From: Selaginella moellendorffii
Taxonomy: Eukaryota > Plantae > Lycopodiophyta
Length of the DNA: 27,661 bases
Direction: 5' to 3'
Assembly: GCF_000143415.4 (NCBI RefSeq)
Contig: NW_003314445.1
Span: forward strand, 1 to 27,661
Under the pieces are notes generated by a model. It ran no database searches. It had not been told where the DNA came from and worked only from the letters and a program-made list of their open reading frames with translations. Each line of letters opens with the position of its first letter. The stretch's first letter is position 1. The position numbers and the translations under genes are program-made. Shown piece after piece: positions 1-11,289 of this stretch.

Positions 1-1
1 T

Positions 2-760
2 CTGTGCACCATCTATCATCCCAGACGAGTCGATTCCTGTCATCCTCAGCAGTGGAGCTCCCTCGGGTTGCTGAGATAAAGCTCGGATAAGCCACGGCCA
101 CTGACTGCCATACAGTATCCCGTAGTCCACAATATGAATCCGCTTGGCTCCCTTGCACGCCTCGAGAATTATGTGATTCGAGATCACCTCGGTGGCGCTG
201 AACCACGGGAGGTTCATGCACAAAAGCCCCACGTAGCGCTTCTGAGAAACCTCTCTGGACAGAGCCGAGTAGAGCTGTGAACCACACCCTTTAAGCCTTG
301 CTACCAGTGCGTTGACGAAGAACAATGCGGTCCTTTCTAAGTGGCTGTTTTCGGATGTCACTGAGTTCTTGATCAATCCGATGAGATTGTAAACCTGTGC
401 CGAGTTCCTGGCTGCTACTGCTCTTGCGCACTCTCTGAGCAAGCTAAATACTTCCTGGTCGACCTGTTCTTGATCACTGTCCGGAGACTGGACGCAACCT
501 CTTATGATGGAATTCAGGTCGTCCATGTAAGCCTGGTATCTGTTCTGCTGCGGGGTTGCAACCTCCTGCTCGTCACTATCACTATCCCCGCCTAAAAGCA
601 TCTTGGAAAGGTAACTCAGCGCAGGATCGTCCAGCTGCAAAACAGGAGCCGCAACTGGAAGTGGTTCAATTCTTACTTGGTGTTGCAAAAGGGCCTTCTG
701 CAGCAGCGGAATCAAGCTGCCCGTTGTCATTTGCGACCTGTAGCCCTCTTCCTCCATCAT
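2..760 (-). CDS. GRAS-family transcription factor, LISCL/SCL9-SCL14-like; 5' part, runs off the left edge
   Basis: Manual minus-strand translation from ATG at 760 is open to the window edge: MMEEEGYRSQ...LSYLSKMLL...LLRECARAVAA...ERTALFFVNALVARLKGCG...NHIILEACKGAKRIHIVDYGILYGSQWPWLIRALSQQPEGAPLLRMTGID. This contains LHRI and the VHIID motif, and the N-terminal 'LSYLSKML' resembles the LISCL motif. Not in the ORF track because there is no stop in the window. Confidence 0.93.
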   Translation of the reverse strand, partial: MMEEEGYRSQMTTGSLIPLLQKALLQHQVRIEPLPVAAPVLQLDDPALSYLSKMLLGGDSDSDEQEVATPQQNRYQAYMDDLNSIIRGCVQSPDSDQEQVDQEVFSLLRECARAVAARNSAQVYNLIGLIKNSVTSENSHLERTALFFVNALVARLKGCGSQLYSALSREVSQKRYVGLLCMNLPWFSATEVISNHIILEACKGAKRIHIVDYGILYGSQWPWLIRALSQQPEGAPLLRMTGIDSSGMIDGAQ

Positions 761-923
761 GACCTCGAAGTCAAAAACCCTCCAAGCCGGAAAGAATTCA
801 TATACAAGTCAAAAAGGTGTTCTGATTTACCTCAGAAATGTGATCTCAATTGATCACATTCCCCGAATTTCAGAGAAAGATCGTATCAAAAAAGTCAATA
901 GAAGGATCAGTGACTGCATGTTT

Positions 924-1730
924 TCACATAAAAACGTGACGTGGTCTTGCCTCCCACGACTTCTTGCCATTGTCGTATCTCAACAACAATGATCCCGCCT
1001 TGTCAAACTTGTACATCTGGTTGGAGTGCACAAAGCAGCAGTGCCGCTCCTGCAATCCAAGGAGGTCCGCCACTTCCCAGGAAAGATCTCGAGCTGAGAA
1101 AACAAACGTCGGGCCACCACAGCACAAGGTCACAACCATCTTGCTGTCATCGACGAGGAGGGCGTTGTGAAATCTGTTTTCCAGCGATGGTGGAAGGGGG
1201 AGAGGATCCCATCGATCCTCCACTGGTTTGTATACCTCAGCATCTGGTTCCTCCCCCATACTGTTGCCACCCACGATGTAGAGCTGACCCTCCATAGCCG
1301 CGGACACATAGCACTTTCGTCGATGCAGCATTGGCGCCGTGATGCTCCATCAATTTGTGTGTGCATTGAAGATGCTCACTGATTTGTTGCGGCCCCATCT
1401 CCCAAGAAGATAGAGCTTGCTGCCGATGGCCCTGCACTTGAATCCTCTCCTGGTGTCGAGCATGAAGCCCTACAAGGAGGAGGAGGTAATATCATCCATT
1501 CACTACTGGATTGAACGCAATGATTGAAAGCTCGTCCCTAAGCAACACCGTGGCAACAAGCAATTCCTTGTCCAATCCCTGGGTGGAGTGATCATCATAG
1601 AACTTGGCACTGGAGATGAGATTCCTCCATGCTCAGCTCACTTGGTACATCTGCTCATGGGATGAGAGTGACACTTGCAGGAGGCATTAGTAAGTGGCAT
1701 TGTTGTCCAGGCCAGGGATAAGCAACACTA
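924..1730 (-). pseudogene. F-box/kelch-repeat protein pseudogene
   Basis: F-box-like LIPGLDNNATY*CLLQVSLSSHEQMYQVS*AWRNLISSAKFY at ~1600-1725, then kelch repeats (IGSKLYLLG..., APMLHRRKCYVSAAMEGQLYIVGG...AEVYKPVEDRWDPLP). Several in-frame stops and an apparent frameshift. Confidence 0.85.
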
Positions 1731-1737
1731 TTGCCGC

Positions 1738-1821
1738 CTCTTACTCTATTGATGATCGCCACTTCAACTGTAAAATTTGTCTCTTACTCTATTGATGATT
1801 GCTACTTCAATTGTCAAATTT
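1738..1821. repeat. 43-bp tandem duplication (2 copies)
   Basis: ctcttactctattgatgatcgccacttcaactgtaaaattt at 1738 and ctcttactctattgatgattgctacttcaattgtcaaattt at 1781. Confidence 0.85.
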
Positions 1822-1835
1822 TATAGTTTGTGGTT

Positions 1836-2372
1836 GACATTTCTAGCCAATAAAAGAATTTATGCAACTTCTCAGTCATACAATGATGTCTTATATATTT
1901 ACGTAGAATAGAAGAATCATGGTAGGTGTGGAAAAAGGGTGGAATAAATATTGAAGGTTTGATTAGCAGTAAATGATTATCAGGATTTGTCCTCTCAAAA
2001 TAAAAATAATTATTCTTAAAGCAATATTGAGAATGTAAATGCTGAAATGGCAAGTCATCAACAAATGATGTAAAATTCTCAAATCTATTGCAATGCTTTT
2101 AGATATGTGGCTTAACTTTTTGAGCCTCATGAACCTCATCAAGAGAAGGTAAATTTTGCTTTACACTTTATGAACACTGAACATCAAATATAACAACCAC
2201 TAACAACATGAAATCCTCATCTAAAAAATCCATAAATGTTAGAAAAACAAACTCGTAATAAACATAAAAAGATAGTAAAGAAGGGAGAAAAACTTGAAAA
2301 AAAGCATTAGCATCAACCATAAAACTCTTTAAGCAATAAACAATCTCAAAGTCATATATCTAAAACTTCAAA
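1836..2372 (-). mobile_element. Heavily deaminated fragment of a gypsy pol (RNase H-integrase junction) of element A's family
   Basis: The reverse complement aligns by eye to ~18695-19228. ORF 1814-2053 (PFQHLHSQYC...YHDSSIL...MTEKLHKFFYWLEM) matches PFRHLHSQYC...YHDSPIL...MTEKLHRSFYWPEM of element A. Differences are mostly C>T and G>A. Confidence 0.9.
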
Positions 2373-2373
2373 A

Positions 2374-2491
2374 GGAGGGATCTCATCTCTAATGCCAAAT
2401 TCTACAATGATCACTTTGCACAGGGGTTGGATAAAGAGCCATAATGATCCTCAAGCAAGAGGATGAGCTTTTGATCATGGCATTCAATCCC
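2374..2491 (+). pseudogene. Fragment of a second, oppositely oriented F-box/kelch paralog
   Basis: ggagggatctcatctctaatgccaaattctacaatgatcac...gcattcaatcc (RDLISNAKFYNDHFAQGLDKE...IMAFNP) matches the reverse complement of 1508-1628 (RNLISSAKFYDDHSTQGLDKE...IIAFNP). Confidence 0.8.
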
Positions 2492-2613
2492 AGGGGCGCG
2501 GACCATACTTGAGCTCACAAGTTGAGCTCAATTTTCAATTGTAATTTAGTACAAACATTATAAACTTTAAAATTTTAAGGTTATGGCGAACTTAATAATT
2601 TCATAATTCTCTA

Positions 2614-2788
2614 TGTGAGGGCCAAGTGTACGGCTACGATGCCGTATACTAATATTAGCGTAATGGGATTTTGGTAGCCGTTGGATTGGTTTCAATTCGG
2701 ACCACTTGCTCCTATATATAAGCTAGGGTTTTTGGGCTAATTAATATGCACATTTCTATATTCCCTTTCTATATTCCAAACACTCACA
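2614..2788 (+). repeat. Element A 5' LTR (175 bp)
   Basis: tgtgagggcc...cactcaca; about 15 mismatches to the 3' LTR by manual count; TATATAA at ~2713. Confidence 0.96.
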
Positions 2789-2789
2789 T

Positions 2790-2805
2790 TGGTGGAGTTG
2801 AGGGG
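2790..2805 (+). promoter_or_regulatory. Element A primer-binding site, tRNA-Ala-like
   Basis: TGGTGGAGTTGAGGGG lies 1 nt after the LTR. It is complementary to a ...CUCCACCA 3' end typical of tRNA-Ala, with mismatches further in. Confidence 0.65.
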
Positions 2806-3021
2806 CACCTTTGATTGTCTCTAGGGAGTGCTTGGATTTGGGATTTCAGTTTAGATCTAGCTTTTGCATTGTCTAAATCTAGCTTTTTCCATTTCCTTTC
2901 TTTTGTTCTTTCCTTTCAGAATTTTGGTTTAGATCTAGCTTTTTGCATTGTCTAGATTTACCATTTCTTTTCAGCTTTTTGTTATTTCTCTTCTTTTGCT
3001 CTTTCTTTTGCGTTCATCTTT

Positions 3022-3483
3022 ATGGCCAATCCGCCATCTCCTCCTTTGACTTTAGAGCAACAGTTGGTTCAATTGCTTGATGCTATGCGCTTGCAATTGA
3101 ACAACCAAACTCAGTTGATGGCGGCGTTCACAGCACATGGTACAATTCCTTCTGCTCTTGGTGCCAATCCTCGCGTTCGGCCGGAGTTCTTTCGTGGGAA
3201 TCCTAGGGATGATGTGTACCATTAGTTCAATCACTTCACAGTGGTTGCCACATATCATTCTTGGGATAATGCTCGACGTTTGCGTGAGTTCCCCATATGT
3301 CTCCAAGGGACGGCATTGTAGTGGTACAATGGATTGAGCGCAGCCACTTGTTCTTCCGGACGTCTTCAAACATGCCTTCGGACACGCCGACGATTGTGAT
3401 GATGCCTTCCAACAATTGCATCGTCTTTGCCAAGGGCCATCTGAGTCGGTGATGCAATTTGGTGTTCGTTTCCGAAGTCTTTT
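3022..3483 (+). pseudogene. Element A gag, 5' part
   Basis: MANPPSPP...RPEFFRGNPRDDVYH*FNHF...LQGTAL*WY, a retrotransposon gag signature with stops. Cut by element B. Confidence 0.85.
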
Positions 3484-3701
3484 TGTTAGGATGTGAATTC
3501 AATCAAAAAGGTTGTGATCCATTAATGAGTGATTCACATGAGAAACAAGAGAAGAGAAAAGGCTCAAAGCCTGGAAGAAGAAGAAGAGAACAACAAAAAC
3601 CTAGCCTCCCCCTTTGTGCCAGTCGAACCATATATGTCTCGTACGGATCCCCCCGTCGTCCCGCATCCGTACTAGTTATGAGCCAAGAATAGCTCATAAC
3701 A
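3484..3701 (-). repeat. Element B 3' LTR (218 bp)
   Basis: Direct repeat of 16134-16351; 5 transitions by manual count. Confidence 0.97.
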
Positions 3702-5174
3702 TTACCCCCCACTTTGAAAAGCTCTATCCTTAGAGCTGGCTGGTAACATAGGATCCCACTGAAACAGGTGCACCAGACGATCAAACTCCTGTTGAGAAAG
3801 CCAGGTATCTGCATCCCCCCCAGTGTTCATCCAGCGAACCAGATAATGCTTAATCGTACGTCGACGCAGCTGACGAGTCTCCACATCGATCACCTTATCT
3901 GGCACAACCAGATGCTGGTCCCCCAACGATCGGACTGGAACTTCCACTGTCGGCATGGGAGTAGGACCATAATGCAACTTGAGCTCAGAAACGTGGAACA
4001 CATCATGGAGCTTGCACCCTTGAGGAAGAGCCAGCCGAAATGCCACCTCATTAATCCTTTCAATCACCTGAAAAGGACCGAAGTAGCGTTGAGTCAGCTT
4101 GGATCGAGAGCCCGCTCGACGGCCTAGAGTGTGACGATGGGGGCGGAACTTGATGTACACCAGGTCGCCAATAGCGAATGTTCGAAAACTCCGATGCTTG
4201 TCAGCTTGAAGTTTCATGGTTGCACGAGCTGCCTCCAACCTGCTATGAACTTGTTGATGCAACTCCCGAATGGTCTCTAGATGTCCAGAAACTGTCACCT
4301 CTGGGACCGGAAGAGCAGGAGCTGGCCAACTTAGGATTCGACGCCCATAGAGAATCTCCAAAGGAGCAAACCCTGTAGCAGAATGACAGGCCGAATTATA
4401 TGCGAATTCAAGCCAGTGCAGCCATGATGTAGGACGATCCAGTGTGTAACCCCTGAGAAATACCTCCATTGTCTAGTTGGTTCGTTCTGTCTGCCCATCC
4501 GATTGGGGATGATATGCTGAACTGAAACTGAGCTTGGTCCCAAGAGCTGAAAAAAGGTGACGCCAGAATGAGCTGAGGAACTTCGGATCCCGGTCAGAAA
4601 CAATCTCCCGAGGCAGACCATGGAGGCAAATCACTTCTCGAGAAAACAACTCGGCTATCCCTGCTGCAGACACTGAACTTGTCGTAGGCAGAAACCGAGC
4701 TGTCTTGCTGAAACGGTCAACCACCACCATTATCATGTCTTTTCCTTGGCAACGAGGCAGACCCCCCACAAAGTCCATGGAAATGCTAGTAAAGGGACCA
4801 TTTGCAACTGGTAACGGCTGGAGAAGACCTGGAGAAGCCACTGTCTCTGTCTTTACCACTTGACATACCGGACATTCTTGAATCCACGCCTTCACTTCTC
4901 GCTGCATGCCTTTCCAAACAAAGCGAAGCTTGATGGCCGCCAATGTTGCTGCCACCCCGGGATGTCCAGCAAGAATTCCCTGATGACACTCACGGAAAAT
5001 TTCTTGCCGCAGTGGATGCTTGTTGTTGAGAAACACTCGTCCCTTTGACCAGAGAATGCCATCAATGAGGACCAGCTTGGGATGTTGCTCCCCATTCTGA
5101 AGCCGCTCTAGAATCTGTTGAAGGGCCACATCTTGTGCGTACCCCTCCCGAATCTGCTCTACGTACTCCGGCTG
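3702..5174 (-). pseudogene. Element B pol, 3' part: integrase (HHCC, DDE, GPF) plus chromodomain
   Basis: H...GHPG...CPVC; ISMDFVGGLP; VVVDRFSK; IVSDRD; YHPQSDGQTER; YFGPF; LHDVFHVSELK; chromodomain PDKVID...YLVRW...DADTW. One in-frame TAG at 4473. Confidence 0.95.
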
Positions 5175-6321
5175 TGTCGCGCATGTGACTTCGGGTATCA
5201 AAAGTTACCTGTCGACTAGTCCTTACGGACACTCTTACCTTACTGCCACGATGGCAGGAAGTCGGTATTGCTGGACCCTTTATTAGTCCCTCTTGTGCTA
5301 GTGGAGTTAACTGGGCATTTCGAGTGTACTTAGACCAGACGAGCATAAGGACGGAATTCCTACGTGTTATTAGCTAAGCATACTTAGCCCGGTAAGGAGT
5401 TCCCGTCTCGTTATGTCTTGCACTGGCTAGTGACAAGAACCCTCGCGTATTGAGATTGGTCCCTCAATATCGCTACATGATAGCTTACCGTGTCTGCCAA
5501 ACACCCTCGCTATCATGCCCTTTGTGTTAGTCTCATTTCGGTCCCAAATGCTAATTATGGAAAGTGTCCAGATTTGCTCATTTGGCATATCTACGGAATG
5601 TAGAGGTTGGCCTAAACACAATGGTGTTCGTCCCGTGTCCAAATTCACAATCTAGGGACATTCCATATTTAGTAAGTTTCGAGCTTGTCCCAGAGACTAA
5701 CTCCTGATACTAAGGGAGGCTTGGGGTGAAAGCCCAAAGCGTGTGTTCCTCAAGGGGGGGGGGGCTATGGGGGGTTCCAAATGTATAGTAGGGATAGTGG
5801 GTAGGTCGGGCATGGCCGACCAACCTGAGGCATAGTCTAGCTCCCGCTTGCGTGCCTGTCCTTGTTCTGCGTCCGGCTTGGGTCTAAGCCCAAGTTCCAT
5901 TCCATGCTAGCTGGTGGAGTACCCATATCCTCACGTTAGGCCACCGGTATGCCGAAATAGTGCCAGACTCTGTTTGGCTCCGTTTTGTGTGCTGGTCCTG
6001 GCATTGGGATGCTGGTTACTCTAGGACTGTTCCAAGTTGCTCCGGGCTCCTGTCCCTTTGCTCCTTGGGTTGTATGCTCGGGAGTTACTCTATGGTCCGG
6101 TTCCATCACTCCTTGGCTCCACGCTTGGGAGTTTGGCACCGTTCCTTCGTTCAGTGGCCCAAGGCCCTGAACCTCGGGTTCTTATGGACACGTGGCATGG
6201 ACATGTGGCATGTGACACGTGGCATCTGTCACATGGCACAAAGAGGGTTTAGGTTCTGCTTCGTGGTGTTATCCTATAGTAAATCACCATAGGATAAAGG
6301 GTCAAAACCACGTGCGCTACA
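5175..6321 (+). repeat. Element C 5' LTR (1147 bp)
   Basis: Direct repeat of 11290-12435; about 15 transitions and a 1-bp poly-G indel by manual count. Confidence 0.97.
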
Positions 6322-9300
6322 TTTGGTATAAGAGAAAGAGTCTCAGCGAGTACTATTCAATGAGATGGGGCAACTAGTCTTGTTGCATACGCAGAGATGA
6401 AAATGATGATCCGAGTGGGTACACGTTTGGGTGCAAAGGCTTTGCAATTGGTTCCTTGGATTTGGATATTGTTACCTTATTGTACCTTATGATGTGAGCT
6501 TGCGCTTGGGCTTATAGGATGGATTTGAGTTGTTCCGGTAGCACGAGTTTAAGCTTGAGCTCGTGAGTGAGGCACATTAGCAACTCGAGGTTACACTTTG
6601 AGTTGGCAGGATTAATGTTAGCCTATCGGTGGTTCCATGAGTTGTTCCATGTACCGTGGGTGAAAGCAAACCTCCCTGGGTTTGCTATGAGTGGCAAATA
6701 GGCTGGTCCGTAGCTGTTTAGCACGGCACTAGTGGATCCTTCCTAGGCATGATTATAGACTGATTATAGATCAATCAAGACTTTAAGGGATTAGTCTATT
6801 GGTTCAAATAGTCATGGCCGTGCTCTCTTATAAACTTTTCTTCGATTGAACTGAAGGCAGTGCGAAAGCAAGTTTGAGGTTTGGTCAAAGATGAGACCGA
6901 AAAGAGAGTCATCGGGGACGGAGGATCAAATACGTAAATCATTTTCTCTTCTTGGAGAGATGATTTGCAACGAGGTGTTAACTCATTGCTTGTGTTCACA
7001 TTATGCAATCAAGAGTCCCTACCTTGATGCATATTGGAGATGATGGTCTTACAAATGGTGAGTTGTGGGATGGATAGCGGTGAAACGTTATACCATTTTG
7101 TCTAAGCTTGCTATTGGAAGACTTGGGTTGCAATGCTCAATTCTTTTTCCGGAGAACCTTGCTATTGCTCTTTGAGTAGCTTGGTGTTGGATTAGTGTTG
7201 AGTTTGGTCGGAAAGAGAGTGGCATGAGCTTGTCCGTGTTGTGAACAAAAGTTAGTGGTGTTGGTGTTGTAAATCTCTATCAATGGGGTGTGGCATTTAT
7301 GTTGCATTTTGTCGAATCGAGTTAGCACTTGATATTCACATAAACCTTTGCAATAGTGACATGGGCATTGTTCATAGTGTTGCTTGATTGATGATCAAGT
7401 CATTGTGATTTATATCATATCCATGTGATAATGAGCAATATGTTTACGAAGTTGCTTGGTTAAATGATGATCAACCCCAAAGTGGTTGATGGAGAAGCTA
7501 GTCTACTTGCATGAAGTAGCATTGTAGTAGCTTTAACTAGATTCTCGAAGATGGTCCATTATGCTAAGCTTAAGTTGGTACCAAGTTTGCCCACTAAAGT
7601 GTTGGACAAGGGTTATAACATTCATTTATTATAGCTCGTCGGTTGATCCATTAGCACTTGGAGTAGATTATTGGATGGAGAAGGTGTGTAGTTGGGGCAT
7701 TGACATCACTAGCACTTGTGTTAGTGGAAGTGGCATTGTTGATTCGAGTGATGAGGGATTTTCCTTAGAGCTTGATTTTCCATGTCATTTTTCTGGTTAG
7801 TGTTTTAGCTTCACATTGGATCTTGAAGGTGATTGAAGAAAAGTGTTAGTGCAATGTGGATATCCGAAGATGTGGTCTTCGTGATCAAGCCTTGGATGTT
7901 CATTTTGCACTTTGCGGATGTCGAATGTCAAAATGGGCAAAGATGTTCGAGGCTTAAGCATATTGTTGGACATGAGAATTTGTGTTGAGGTGAACCTATG
8001 TGAAGTTGTTTGTAGGAGGAAGTTGGTTGAGTCTTGAAAGTTTGCAATCCTGGACTAAGAGTCATTCTTTCTCTAGGATGGAAAATTTTCCACAAATTTT
8101 CTTAGACTTTTCCAATGGCTGATCTGTTGGTCACTTTGCTCGAAAACCATTCCATTTTCGAAAACCAGTACAAACTAGTGAAGGGGTTGGAGTTGACTTC
8201 GGTTGGCTTAGATCTTAGTAGGTAGTTTGTATGATGCGACCCGAAAGGGATGCTAACTTTTGGGGCTAAAGCAATTGAGTTGGATAGAGTCTGGAGTTGG
8301 TGTAGAAAAGTGGCCGTAGCACTTTTCTAGAAAGGTGACCCTTGTGCCTTTTTTTTTCTAGCGTTGTGCTTGGTGGCAGTTTGCACCTTGGATTATGTTA
8401 GACTCTATGAGAGTAGTGAGCTCTCACTGATCTTGTCTTGGTCTTGGTGGCTCTCCACCTTGGCTGAGGATGGTGATGTCCAACTTAGTTGTTTGAGGTT
8501 GAGATGTTGGTACCCGTACTATAGCTTTGTCTATAAGGAGGTTGTGTACCGATATGAGTTCATCTCATGGTCTTCACTTTCGTTTCGGCTGAGTGTTGAT
8601 CATGCATAGTTAGCCTCTTCAAAGCATGCTCAGAGCTAGTGGCTAAATGTTTTAGTAAGCTTATTGCGGTTAAGTTGGATTTGAGTGGTCATTTAGTTTG
8701 TGCTTGTCTATGAACTTTTATCTCGTACCTGGGGTATCACGTTCATATTGGGCAAGTATATAACTTGATGACAAGAGTTGGTGTTTGGGTCTTGTGAAGG
8801 CAAGTTGAGGAGTGATTGTTAGTTGCTTTGTGACTAGTGATTACTTGTAGACTTCGTCAAGGACCGTTGACACTTGCTTTGCTCGATGATGATTTAGCAG
8901 TGATGGGCTTGCTTTACCGGATGGTGTTGCGGAGGATCGTGTCGTTAGACTTACATGAGTTTTTCATGTTGGCATGTTGACTCTACCTCTGTTGATATCA
9001 TTTGGTTACATTTAGTCCATAGTGTTGGATTTCATTGAGTCTTGGACGTGGTGAATCACTCTTTGATGATGTGTTATCTATAACTGAGTATTGTTGGAGG
9101 ATTGGTCTTGGATACTGATTAAGGTATCTTCGACCTTGGTTAGCTTGGTTGCTAGAGAGCTTTGGGTGGTGATTCACTTGTGCTTTCTTCTAGCTTTGTT
9201 CTAGTGTTGATAGCATTGAAGTGATACCTTGTCGTTGACCTTGTTGATATTGAGATCTGAGTGAATGAGATATCCTTCCAGGATTGATATTGAGTTTCAT

Positions 9301-11289
9301 TAGTCTTGATGAATATAGTGTTGATGATTTGGCTATAGCTTTGTGTTGTTGGCCTTCATGCATTTGCTAATTAGCAACTGTGTTGACGTTCAAACAAACT
9401 GCGTGGCAAGTTGAGTTAGTTGTGTTCTAGACGAGATTATTTAGTAGAGGGTTGAGCTTTAGCTTTTCCTTGAAAAGTGATTTAGTCGTGGACTATGCTA
9501 ACTTTACGAGATGATGTGTTAGTGATTGATATTGACGTGATTGAATCCTTGTTGGGTTTGAATTGAGATATATCAATCATTGATGATTCGTCTTGCACTT
9601 GTTACGAAGTGAGTTACGTCTTTTTCTAGATGGATTCATGGAGGATCGTTTGATGATCATTTGTTAAGCATAGCTTCATTGTGCTTAGCTTTTGGATTGA
9701 TGCAGAAATGCTCTTCATTAGCTTTGGCATTATGAAGTTTGGCTTATGGATGTGTTGAAGAAGACATTGTGGGTTGCACCATGATTTCTTCTTTAGCATT
9801 GAAGTTAGCTTCTATGAGACTCGTGATCATTATTAAGCAAGACTTGGCTATAGGCTTCTTCGAGCTTTGGTTCTTTGAGTTTTATGCTCATTATTCCATT
9901 TGTTAGAAGTTGTTGGGGAAGGCATTTTTGGCTCATTAGCTTCGATGTTGAAGTTAGTATTTGCATCTAACAATCATTGGTGATGATTGACTATCATCTA
10001 GGATAATTGATTATCCATGTCAAAAAGATTTTGCTTGATTATTGTTGATATAGAATGATTTGCCATTCTTCGAGGTGGTGGATTCCTTCTTCGACAATGA
10101 TTATGCATCTCTTCATTGATGGGATAATTGATGATATTTCATGATAATTAATTGTTCTCTTTGATAGCTTGTGGCTTTTCGCAATACCACATGTTCTTTG
10201 TGGTTTGCTCTGGTTTGGTCTCTTGGGTTTGAGACATCAGTAGGATGTTGCTAACACTTGCTTAGGCAACTTGAGTTCCTTGGTGTTATTGGCTGGGATC
10301 TATTCGGATTGGCTAGTGCAATGGTTAATATGAACAAGCAATTGTTTGCTTTGCAACATTCATTTTGTTCTGTTGATTATTGCTCGAGTTAGTTCTCATA
10401 GATTAGGATGTTATTTCCTTCGGGTGATACATTCGCGAGCATTGTGCTTGTTAGTCAATGATACTTTGTGTTCTTTAAGTTGTGTTTTGTGAGTTGTTTG
10501 GCATGCTATCTGCCATTTTTGGTAGTTAAGTTTCCTCATTGAGTTTTCTTGATGATCTACTTGCTATTGAATTTTGTTGGATGGTTAATCCTATGTTTCC
10601 CGAACTGATGATCTTGGTGGTTCCTACACTATAAATACTAGTTTATCGGATGATAACTTATGTGGAATACTTTTGTGTTCTACTCTCAGATATAATCACT
10701 AGTAATTAAGCTTCTCAGATATCATTGTCTCTGACTTTGATATTGTCCATCCATTGATCTTTGAGTTTGGGCCAGTATAGGCAGACTGGCTTCGGCACTT
10801 CGTGTGCATGGTGAAATCTCTAGTCATGGGGTAGCTACTGTCAACTGGTCACATAACCCGCCTCTCTGTCGATGTTCCTTATTCTGTGAAAGGGCGTGAC
10901 CGTGTAAACAACTCTACACTGCCTGTTTACAGTAGTCTATCTAAACCTTACCGACGGGTTTGGTTTCTTTGCTCAGGAGGGTTGGGGCCTCTGGCTTCTC
11001 TGTCTATGTTCCTACGGGCAGGGCATATCACACTTTTGTAGCTGGGTGACACCTAGAGCAGCAAGGGTGGCTGACTCCGTTGGTCATTTCCTTGTCGGTG
11101 ACGGCCGAAAGGTGTCTGAGCTGGTAGCGCATCTGCGTTAGACAAAGAGGTTCCCCCTAACTCATTTAAGTTGGTGCATTTCTCACATAGTGTGAGTACC
11201 GTGAACTTTTTCTGGAGTTGTTTCCTTGGTGGTATTCTAGACTCGAGTATGCATCGACGAGGACGTCGATCTTCCCAAGGGGGGGAGAG

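Noticed and set aside
4978-5006. CUGAUGA...GAAA hammerhead core
   Set aside because: Antisense to B's integrase coding sequence with no credible stem II; chance match.
5062-6292. Short ORFs duplicated at 11171-12406
   Set aside because: They recur only because they lie in C's two LTRs; no coding signature.
7060-7460. Ty1/copia origin of C's interior (DSG motif, NMFTKLL, integrase relic before RT relic)
   Set aside because: The clearer relics (RFSKMVH, VDY) and the gaggacg...aagggggggagag 3' end are gypsy/chromovirus-like.
11040-11150. SRP RNA helix 8 or group II intron domain V resemblance
   Set aside because: Consensus motifs are not matched; kept only as part of the unclassified structured region.
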